This document shows, piece by piece, positions 54,645 to 64,000 of a DNA stretch of 64,000 bases. The stretch lies in assembly GCA_951406725.2 (NCBI GenBank), contig OX597828.1, positions 76,446,001 through 76,510,000 on the forward strand. Reading direction: 5' to 3'. The DNA comes from Octopus vulgaris (Eukaryota). Position numbers and translations under genes: made by a program. The notes beneath the pieces were generated by a model. The model made no database searches. It saw only the letters and a program-made list of their open reading frames with translations, and was not told the DNA's origin. Every line of letters begins with the position of its first letter. Within the stretch, counting starts at the first letter, position 1.

Positions 54645-54688
54645 TAACCCTTACTCAGAGTTTCACGTTGCCGTTCGTCGGACAGATT
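54645..54688 (-). ncRNA. Hammerhead-like motif with variant core (CCGACGA), probably from a Penelope pseudo-LTR
   Basis: AAUCUGU-CCGACGA-ACG GCAA CGU-GAAA-CUC U GAG-UA-AGGGUU, followed by AAUAAA about 25 nt downstream. Confidence 0.55.
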
Positions 54689-55044
54689 TGTTAGAGTGGG
54701 AGAGAAATGACGATGTATTCAAACAACAACAAAACAAACCAGATTGAAGGATACACCTGTTAAAATGGTTTTGTTTCATTGGTCGTTTCTACTAACGGTC
54801 TTAAGCATGCAATGAACAAAATAAATTCAGTATGAATTCATCCTATTGCAAAAGGGAAGTAAACATTAAATCGACGGACAGATTCCAAATACGCATGGTA
54901 GATAATTATATACGAAATATAAGTAAATTAAAACATTAAATTTAAAATTAAAATTTTTACGCTGAATTACGTAAATATTTTTTCAACAGTATATATGCAT
55001 ACTAGACCATCTATAACATAGATAGTGTGTGTGTTTATGTAAGT

Positions 55045-55084
<40 letters not shown>

Positions 55085-55085
<1 letters not shown>

Positions 55086-55410
55086 ATCAAATAGGGTAGT
55101 AAAATAAATTATTATTACCAGTGGCCTAGCACAAAAGACGAGTTAGTCACTAGACTTTATGTTTTTCGTATAGAAATATAATAAAAGGCTTCCAAATAAG
55201 GAAGCGTAGTGCTAGAAACACAAAAAGGGATAAATTCATGAAAGGAATGAAAATGAAAAGCATTTACCATCTCAGCTAAATCCCAGACCGAACGGTTTCT
55301 ATCTCCTTTTAGCAAACACACAGAATATATTTGCCAGGCCAGGTTCTTCCGTGGGAAGCCTTCGTAATCCTAGACGCACAGACTGTTAGAAGCACAGCCA
55401 CTCCTACTTC
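55085..55410 (-). mobile_element. Hammerhead-like-motif repeat (pseudo-LTR/retrozyme-like), copy 1
   Basis: Near-identical in inverted orientation to 57475-57845; motif at 55281-55356. Confidence 0.7.
55281..55356 (-). ncRNA. Type I hammerhead-like motif with long stem II and variant core (CGGAAGA)
   Basis: UCCCA-CGGAAGA-ACCU[..UGGCAAAUAUA uucug UGUGUUUGCUA..]AGRU-A-GAAA-CCG UU CGG-UC-UGGGA. Stem I is perfect, with a GUC cleavage triplet. Confidence 0.55.
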
Positions 55411-55512
<102 letters not shown>

Positions 55513-55534
55513 TGTATGTGTATATATATATAGG

Positions 55535-56170
55535 CATAGATATGACTGATTGAGAAGCTTGCTTCCCAACAATGTGGAATCAGGATCAATCCCACTGTAT
55601 GGCACTTGAGCAAATGTCTCCTACCTTATCCCTGGGCCGATTACAGCCTTGTGCATGGATTTGGTAGATGGAAACTGAAAGGTGGCGAGCTGGCAGAAAC
55701 GTTAGCACGCCGGGCGAAATGCTTGGCAGTATTTCGTCTGTCAGTACGTTCTGAGTTCAAATTCCGCCAAGGTCATCTTTGCCTTTCACCCTTTCGGAGT
55801 CGATGAATTAAGTACTAGTTACACACTGGAGTCAGTGTAATCAACTTAATCCCTTTGTCCTTGTTTGTTCCCTCTGTGTTTAGCCCCTTGTGGGTAGTAA
55901 AGAAATAGGAAACTGAAAGAAACCTGTCGTGTGTTTGTGTCTCCTTGTCTTGATAATGTGTGATTGTTGTCACAATCATACAAGAAGTGTTTTTTGTTTG
56001 CAATCTCCTGTGAAAACATGTCTGGCCCTGGGTAAATATTATCGTACTTGAAATCAAGTGAGGGCTGATGACAGGAAAGAGACCTGGCCACATACAATTT
56101 AACTTGATAAACTCTGTTCAACTCATGCTGACATGGAATAGTGGATATCAGAGGGTAATGATGAGCCATA
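55535..56170 (+). mobile_element. SINE with a family-2 head and a different tail, interrupted by a family-1 SINE
   Basis: Head gaagcttgcttcccaac...cccactgtatggcacttgagcaa; the sequence resumes after the TSD at 55908. Confidence 0.7.
55682..55907 (+). mobile_element. SINE family 1, full length, with 12-bp TSD
   Basis: TSD GGAAACTGAAAG at 55670-55681 and 55908-55919; A box agctggcagaa, B box gagttcaaattcc. The central gcctttcaccctttcggagtcgatgaattaagtac resembles the Meta/MESC SINE domain (from memory). Confidence 0.88.
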
Positions 56171-56185
56171 CAGGCTTCCATACCC

Positions 56186-56220
<35 letters not shown>

Positions 56221-56975
56221 ATTTGGCTCAAAAGCAAATAGCAAGGCCATGTAGGGGGACATGGAGTTAAGTACAGGGTGGTGTTCATGTAAAGAGTTCA
56301 GGCCACTTGAGGTCAAGGGAGGCTTTGAACAAAGCGGTCGTCGGCATCTTCACCATCTCGTCTGGCAGCTTGTTCCACGGATCCGCAACCCGGACGGAGA
56401 AAGCTCCTCTCCTTCGATTGAGATGAAATCGTCGCAGGTAGAGCTTTTCGGAATGACCCCGCTGCCGACGCTCTGGAGCAGGAGTGAAGAACAGCTCTTT
56501 CGAGAGGTTACGCTTATGATGTTGTGGGCGAGAATGAGATCACCACGGCGGCGGCGTTTTTCAAGAGAATAAAGGTCGAGCGTCCTCAGCCTTTCTTCAT
56601 AGGACAAATTTTTGAGACCATGAACCATGCGGGTAGCCAGCTTCTGGACTCTTTCGAGATGCTGTATGTCTTTGAGGAGATAAGGAGAAGAGGCTTGAAT
56701 CCCGTACTCCAATATGGGTCTCACTAGCGTGACATAGAGTGGTAGGAATATGGCTGCTGTGAGCATTCCGAATGACCGTCGAATCAAGAACAGAATTCCG
56801 CGTGCTTTGTTGGCAGCATGGACGCACTGGGCCGAAGGCGAAAAGGAGGAATCCACCAAGATACCCAGGTCCTTTACCTGATCGGTCCTCTCCAGCAGCA
56901 GACGACCCGGCTCGAAATCAAGTTGAGTTGCAGGAGGAGAGCCAACAGGCAGATGACAGCACTTTGACACGTTGA
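56186..56975 (-). mobile_element. CR1-clade LINE, 5'-truncated, with (CTAA)n tail
   Basis: VKDLGILVD...LYVTLVRPILEY...LERVQKLATRMV...SYEERL..LDLYSLEKRRRRGDLI; tail repeat at 56186-56222. Confidence 0.93.
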
Positions 56976-57131
56976 TTTAGACTCGATTCTGGTTGCTGTG
57001 CAGTGATTTCCTGTGGCCCTTTGTGAACAGTTTATGAAACTCGTGTCTGTTGGTCACATATCTGACATGAATAATGAGACTTGGAATTAAAATTGATGGC
57101 AATTTCGTTTTCAGTTTCAGCTTATGGAACC

Positions 57132-57220
57132 ATGCATTATGGAAATATTGTTGTCATCAAACGTGATGGTAAAGATGGGGCACATTTCCCCCAGGAAAAC
57201 AAATTCTATCTCCTCGGCAG
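57132..57220 (+). CDS. MKI67: First coding exon of a Ki-67-like FHA-domain protein (exon 57121-57220)
   Basis: Acceptor tttcgttttcagtttcag|, Kozak-like accATG, and translation MHYGNIVVIKRDGKDGAHFPQENKFYLLG(R) versus human Ki-67 MWPTRRLVTIKRSGVDGPHFPLSLSTCLFGR (from memory). Strong donor CAG|gtaagt in phase 2. No further exons were recognised in the window. Confidence 0.72.
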
Positions 57221-57474
57221 GTAAGTAATTTTTTTCTCTAAATATTCATAAGTGCAGACATGGCTGTGTGGATAAAGTTTCCAAACCGCTTTGAGTTCTG
57301 TCTTGATGCATGACCCCTTGGGTGAGTGTGTTTTACCAATACCATGCGTATGGAATTGGTAAATGGAGACTTTCGAAGCTCATTGTGTGTAAGTGTATGA
57401 ATAGATATAAGTATGTGTGTCTGCATAAATGCATTTGAATAAAAGCTCAGAATACCTACATACACACATGTGCT

Positions 57475-57832
57475 TCTGGTAATAATAATTTATTTTATTA
57501 CCCTATTTGATAATGTTTAAATATTGCTTGATAAATTTGTTCGTAAATTGTTTACCAGCATCCTCTCTGTTCGCCGGGTATGGTTTGCGTCTGCGCAGAG
57601 GTTTGAAAAGTTAAGATATACAAACCGTTAGATCTACATGTGCTTCTAACAGTCTGTGCGGAAGAACCTGGCCTGGCAAATATATTCTGTGTGTTTGCTA
57701 AAAAAGAGGTAGAAACCGTTCGGTCCGGGATTTAGCTGAGATGGTAAATGCTTTTAATTTGCATTCCTTTCATGAATTTATCCCTTTTTGTGTTTCTAGC
57801 ACTACGCTTCCTTATTTGGAAGCCTTTTATTA

Positions 57833-57845
<13 letters not shown>
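57475..57845 (+). mobile_element. Hammerhead-like-motif repeat, copy 2 (circularly permuted relative to copy 1)
   Basis: 57640-57845 is the reverse complement of 55168-55394 with a ~25-bp deletion; 57476-57511 is the reverse complement of 55086-55121. Confidence 0.75.
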
Positions 57846-57880
<35 letters not shown>

Positions 57881-58351
57881 TAGGTGTGTGTTTGCTCACA
57901 CTAGCATCTGTGTATGTATATACGTGCGAGTAACTACTATTAAAATCAAGCCACGACAGACAGAGACTGCGTTCTTGGACCCGATTTTTTTACCGTTGTG
58001 TCTTCATACCAAGCTCCTTGGCAACACTCATTTTCCTTCTCGTTTAACATTTAGTTTACAGACTTGGAAATTATTCCAGTTCAATTTTATCACTCTTAAT
58101 AAATCTCTTTAGAATTTAAGAGACCTACTTCATAAAGGACACTCTCCTCCAGTTAATGTAACTGTTCTCCTTCATTATGGTTTCATTAAAATTAATTCAG
58201 ATCTCTTGGATCAGCGCATTAATTATTTTAGCACATCTACTTTACTAATACATGCAACAGGCATCCTTAATTTGTTTGCCCCTATCATTCTTTCATGTTG
58301 ACGACATCATTAAAATGGACCGAATAATTAATCTCTTATATATACATACAT

Positions 58352-58431
<80 letters not shown>

Positions 58432-58461
58432 ATATATATATGTATATATATATGTATGTGT

Positions 58462-58503
<42 letters not shown>

Positions 58504-58873
58504 AGGAGTGAATCAGCTGAAACAGTGAGAAAATTTTTACATATATACACTTCAGCTCTCTCCTCAACACACCTATCTTTCTAGACACTATTAAATGCTA
58601 TCGATTCACTGAAATTATTATACGAAATAGTTTGAAAACACTTTTCAAATGATACGATTAAAATTCCGTAAAGATATTCAAGCAAAGATCAACACAAAAT
58701 TAATATCGTATTTAATGATTTTGTTTTTGGCTTCTACTGACTCCTTAACGTCAATTAAATCACAATTCCACACAAGTATACTGTGTTTGTGTCTATTAAT
58801 GTTAATAAGGACATAAATTATTGGTTAGATAATGTGATACTCTGCAGTTCAATATAATTACACTCTACATATG

Positions 58874-58914
<41 letters not shown>

Positions 58915-58920
58915 GACAAG

Positions 58921-58964
<44 letters not shown>

Positions 58965-59536
58965 TGTGTGTGTGTGTATGTGTGACAGTTTATGTATTTA
59001 TGAGATTGTGTGGGATAATTCCCATCTGAGATTTATAAACAATTAAGACGAATGTGAAATGTAAATTACAAAATCGATGGCATAATGACAGTTATTTAAT
59101 AAAACGAGATATATGGCATGAAATAAAAACGGTAACATGGACGTGATTACATGTAATCTTTGTCTCTCCCTCTCTCTCTCTCTCGCTCTCCCTCTTTACT
59201 TTGTCTATGTGATTGAGAATATGCCTGTGTGTGTGTGTGTGTGTGTATGGAAGAGACTGATGGAGAAAGAGATAGAGTAAACCATGTAAAGCAACAGAGT
59301 GCTTCTCAACTCATCTGTGTGGTGTACAACTCACTCAAAGTGCTCAACGAGTAATTATAAATAAATTGCCCAGACCATGATATAAGCAAAGATATCAAAT
59401 GGCAAACATCATAAAATTTCAATACAGCGTGTAACGAAAACGTCTCAGGCTCTTCAGTAGGACACACACACACACACACACATGAACGCATATTGATGCA
59501 GGCAACATGCAGAGATCTACACAAATTATGCAATCC

Positions 59537-59579
<43 letters not shown>

Positions 59580-59582
<3 letters not shown>

Positions 59583-59720
59583 ACGAAGTGGTCTAGCAAG
59601 AGAGGCCGATAGAAAAAGTATTAGGCTTACAAAGAATAAGTCAGGGGGCCTATATGTTCGACAAAAGGTTGTGCTCCAGCGTGGCCGCAATCAAATGACT
59701 GAAGCAAGTAAAAAAAGAAA
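59580..59720 (+). mobile_element. SINE family 2, 3' part
   Basis: aggcttacaaagaataagtc...gtgctccagcgtggccgca.tcaaatgactgaagcaagtaaa. Confidence 0.8.
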
Positions 59721-59726
59721 TACATG

Positions 59727-59779
<53 letters not shown>

Positions 59780-59782
59780 ATA

Positions 59783-59829
<47 letters not shown>

Positions 59830-59837
<8 letters not shown>

Positions 59838-60149
59838 AAAGGGCTTAGCAAAACAAATTACTTCGCCGCATACTGAACTCATTAGAAATAGCAGCTAAAA
59901 AACTTTTTCAAAGCTATTTCTAATACTTAAAGAAAATCTCTCTCATATATAGCGTTTGCTTAATTCAACTCACAAAAGTTTGGGGGTAAGTTGGGGGTAA
60001 GTTTTGTGAGTTGAATTAAGCAAACGCTATATATGAGAGAGATTTTCTTTAAGTATTAGAAATAGCTTTGAAAAAGTTTTTTAGCTGCTATTTCTAATGA
60101 GTTCAGTATGCGGCGAAGTAATTTGTTTTGCTAAGCCCTTTTATATAAT
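59830..60149. repeat. Perfect inverted repeat with 148-bp arms and a 24-bp spacer
   Basis: 59830-59977 is the reverse complement of 60002-60149, with no mismatch seen; spacer gtttgggggtaagttgggggtaag. Confidence 0.95.
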
Positions 60150-60242
60150 GTAATAATTTGAATTCGCCTTGGGTGGTCCCTTTGCGTGCTGGGCACTTGG
60201 TGAGATTGATTAATAATTAATTAATTTTACCCTCAATTGTTG

Positions 60243-60287
<45 letters not shown>

Positions 60288-60736
60288 AGACCACTAAAAG
60301 CAACAATTTCTACCACCATTCAGGAATCCATCGTACTGCATTGTAATTCTGGTGACGAGTGTTAGCTGCTCTTCCATAGAGAGAGGCATGGTTGGAGTGT
60401 TGTAATGTTTAAACAATGCAATAAGTCCTGTTGGAGTAGGTAATTTAGTTGATATACTTCTTTGTCTACCTTCAGTTCAAGTTCCGTTGCCAGCTATTTA
60501 TGTTTCACATAAGTTGGTTAATACGCATTAAATATGTGTTTTGTGTCAACAAATTAAATTTCCGCTCCTCGCATCGAGTTCATTTCCTGAAATAATAAAG
60601 AGGGGGGGGGGAGCAACAACAAATTCATAAAAGCTACTAAGAAACAAGTCATGTTTAAAAGCGCTGAACGAAAGTCACAGTCAGCCAACTCGATAAAACC
60701 ATTCGCACGTGTTTCTTTACTTTTTAAAATAAAGCA

Positions 60737-60831
<95 letters not shown>

Positions 60832-61164
60832 TATGTATGTATGTATGTATCTATCTATCTATCTATATATATATATATATATATGAAGCGTAAAACAAAC
60901 AAGAAAGCGTCGCCCACAATATTTATGACTGAAATTTAATTAAGATAATTAGTTCTATATTGTCATATCTTCATGTCACAAAGCTAATTGTTTTGTGAAT
61001 TTCTATGCAGAAACAAATAACCGTCCACGCAAGGCGACGTAATTGTCAAACGCAATTGGGAATTCATCACAGGCAGTCATTGCTCACCTTGTTCTTGTCA
61101 AGTATTTATGCCATGAAAAATACTGGCTTTCTCCTTGGATGATTTGAAGTTATATATATATAAA

Positions 61165-61270
61165 TAGGTGGCTGTGTGGTAAGAAGCTTGCATCTTCTCA
61201 GCTATTTGGTTCCGAGTTCAGTCTCGCTGTGTGGCACCTTGGGGAAGTGACTTCTACTATAGCCTCCGAA
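61165..61270 (+). mobile_element. SINE family 2, 5' part
   Basis: gtggctgtgtggtaagaagcttg...gagttcagtc..gtggcaccttgggga.gt..cttctactatagcctc. Confidence 0.8.
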
Positions 61271-61839
61271 GCGATGCAGTGAAATGGAGTATATGTTTAA
61301 AAACATAGTATGCATGTTCTGCGCATACACACACACTGCCTCTCTCTCTCTCTTTCTCGCTCTCTCTATTTCTCGTTGTGCTTTTGTGTGTGTGTGGGGG
61401 GGGTGCTTGGTTGTGTGAGAGAGTGCGACTGTCAATTACGTGTATCAGAAAAGGCAAAAGTGGTGGTGCCTGCTTTGTGCTGTTTAATTACATTTCGTAA
61501 TAATTGACAGATAAATGTCTAAGTAGAAAGGCCCCACCGCCACCCCTAGCCTTTCTAAACTTCATCCACAACTGGTCCCCTTATGTTTATGACATGATAT
61601 TCTTATTGGCAATAATCATAATTAGTTCCCTTTCACTTTGTCCATCTAATTCTTTGCGTAAATCATACGAACCAAACTACTGGCATTTATCACCGATTAA
61701 ACATCACTCACAGACATGTAGTCCTTACGTAGATGGCAGTGCTTGTGGTGGCGATCCTTGTGGAGATGGTGATTGTAACGGTGGCTCTCTTGCCTGGTGA
61801 TATACTTGCAGATACACATAGACAATCACAACTATAATA

Positions 61840-61887
<48 letters not shown>

Positions 61888-61899
61888 ATATTTTTTTTA

Positions 61900-62098
61900 A
61901 TTGTTCCGGTCATTTGACTCCGGCCATGCTGGAGCACCGCCTTTAGTCGAGAAAATCAACCCCAGGACTTATTCTTTGGAAGCCTAGTACTTATTCTATC
62001 GGCCTCTCTTGCCGAACCGCTAGGTTACGGGGATGTAAACACACCAGCATCGGTTGTCAAGCGATGTTGGGGGGACAAACACAGACACGCAAACATAA

Positions 62099-62132
<34 letters not shown>

Positions 62133-62275
62133 GTATATATATACGACGGGCGTCTTTCAGTTTCCGTCTACCAAATCCACTCACAAGGCGTTGGTCAGCT
62201 CGAGTCTATAGTAGAAGACACTTGCCTAAGGTGCCACGCAGTGGGAATGAACCCGGAAACATGTGGTTGGTAAGC
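61900..62275 (-). mobile_element. SINE family 2, near full length
   Basis: Colinear with 22565-22935. Confidence 0.9.
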
Positions 62276-62439
62276 ATTCGATGAGGCATTTGTAATAATT
62301 TTAGAATTGATAATGGTGTTGTCGATGTTCATGTTCGAGTTGGTGTTGGGACTACGGCTGCTACTGCTTGTATTTGTGTGACTGCCATTGTTATGATTGA
62401 CTTAACTGGTCTATTTCGGCGGCCCTTCGGACATGGAAC

Positions 62440-62960
62440 TTCCATGGAGCTCTGCGAGTTCGAGATTAATTTTACAGACACGGAATCGCCATATAGCGAC
62501 GGATCAGTTGTGCATGCACTTGTGCAGGGTTCGCGTATCGCTGACTTGCCGAATTATGTGGAACAGCTGTTATCACGTGTCCGACGGTTCCGACAGTCGG
62601 CGTAATCAATCGTAATGGACACTCCACCATCCACCTTTAACCAGGCAGATCACGCGGTCTTCCTGTGCCTAGTGGCTATGGCGAAATAGGTTGTGTGGTG
62701 AACGAAGCTGAAGGAATTCAGGAAAGACACCTTCCGCTTCGATGAATGTCTTGTCGGCACCTTTAAGTTCCATTTGGAAAGCAAAGAGCTGGTGGGGAAG
62801 TAAGTGCTACCTTCAGTGAAATTCTGAAAAGATGAGTGAATTCTCAAAAAGAGTTAATAATGCGACTGTAGATTGCAGAACAGAAGAGAGAACTCGTACG
62901 TTTGGTGGTCAGAGTAACCTTGGATTTGTGGAGTTCCTTGCTTGGCTCGAGTTAGAGTTT
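62440..62960 (+). mobile_element. Decayed C-terminal ORF2 fragment of an L1/Tx1-like LINE
   Basis: SVVHALVQGSRIADLPNYVEQLL...AVFLCLVAMAK*VVW*TKL...FKFHL resembles the region after the terminal zinc finger in L1/Tx1 ORF2. Confidence 0.55.
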
Positions 62961-63159
62961 CTCCTGAATCAGGAAGACTTCATCAATCATTATATACAAG
63001 GTATACATATTATTCTTTGTGTAATATACATACTTTTATCATATTTCCCTGTGTTGTCCAACTTTTTCTTGCCATCCTGTATGTTAATCCTCACAAAAAT
63101 CGCTTTCTGCCCTTGTAATACCCGCTTATCTATGCCCTGGTGGCTGCTAAAATAAATTA

Positions 63160-63900
63160 TTATTTTTATTACTTTTTTATCGCTGGATTTGTTGGAACTC
63201 CTGGAGTCTTGCATGCGTAGTGGGTTTGTTACCTGCAGCCTATGGTACTTTGATATCCGTTCTTTTCGGCTACTTAATACTTTCCTGATTATTCTGTCCG
63301 GGCGAAGGAAGCCAATCGTTTGTAACTGTTCTACTGGGCACTCTATTTCAATTTTGTTTGTATTCCTATTGGAGCCTTCTGATACTCTCCCCACGGACCC
63401 AACAGTATTTGGTTCTACCTTCACCTTCGTTTTCCGTAGCCGGGCCATTTTATGCTGAAGAAGGTTGTATTTATTTTTTCGCCTTCCTTCTTGACTATTC
63501 GTTGGTCAAAGGGGCATACAACATCAACTATATAGAATGTGTGGTGCATCTTGTCCACCACCACTAAGTCTAGTCTGTTATGTTTTATACCCGATCTGTG
63601 TGGTTTGTACTCATACCTCTCACTAGCCCCTACTTTTCGCAGTTTCGAAAATAGCACTTTCGCAACCTGATCGTAACGCCACAACTTGTAGTGGTTTTAG
63701 GCAAGTCTAGGGCATTCGTCCGTGATATGGGCAATGGTTTCATCCATTCTATTACAGATGCGACACAGCAGAGACACTTTCTCATTCCAAAGGTGGACCC
63801 TCCAGTACTTGACCAAAGCTTGGTCTTGCGCTGCCAGTATAGTGCTCTCACCTTCCTTTTTTAGTGTCCCTTTCTTCAGCCAATCACTCTTACTTTTCTT
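63160..63900 (-). mobile_element. R4/Dong-type 3' fragment, copy G (old)
   Basis: LKKEGESTILAAQDQAL...CRICNRMDETIAHITDECPRLA..RYDQVAK...HNRLDLVV...IVDVVCPFD; ends in degenerate (AAT)n. Confidence 0.85.
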
Positions 63901-64000
63901 CTTTTCCTATTCGTACGTCTTCGTTCTTTTCTCCTTTTTTTCTCTGCTTTCTATACTAAATGAATCCAGCAAGGTTTCCTTACTTAGGGCTAGGTATCTC

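Noticed and set aside
56186-56222. (TTAG)n as an interstitial telomere
   Set aside because: It is not TTAGGG, and it sits exactly at the 3' end of the CR1 copy as its tail.
57221-64000. Next Ki-67 FHA exon (CDIRI-like)
   Set aside because: Searched by eye and not found; it probably lies beyond the window.

Overview
Repeat-dense, AT-rich animal genomic DNA. The SINE families and very heavy microsatellite load suggest a coleoid cephalopod, probably Octopus (inference from recognition, not a search). Only one host coding exon is supported: a + strand exon at 57121-57220 encoding MHYGNIVVIKRDGKDGAHFPQENKFYLLG(R), which resembles the first FHA exon of Ki-67. The rest is mobile DNA and simple repeats. 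At the left edge is the 5' part of an apparently intact Tx1/L1-like LINE: ORF1 is open for 662 codons and preceded by three identical 253-bp 5' units. Other elements are Tc1, hAT, Helitron, a decayed Gypsy, RTE, CR1 and Penelope remnants, several tRNA-derived SINE families, and about eight 5'-truncated R4/Dong-type retrotransposon copies stacked in (AAT)n tracts. The most promising unexplained signal is three distinct hammerhead-ribozyme-like repeat families. One is a tRNA-headed SINE with a Penelope-style inverted terminus. Another occurs as circularly permuted copies in inverted orientation around the Ki-67-like start exon. All alignments and folds were done by eye, so boundaries are approximate.
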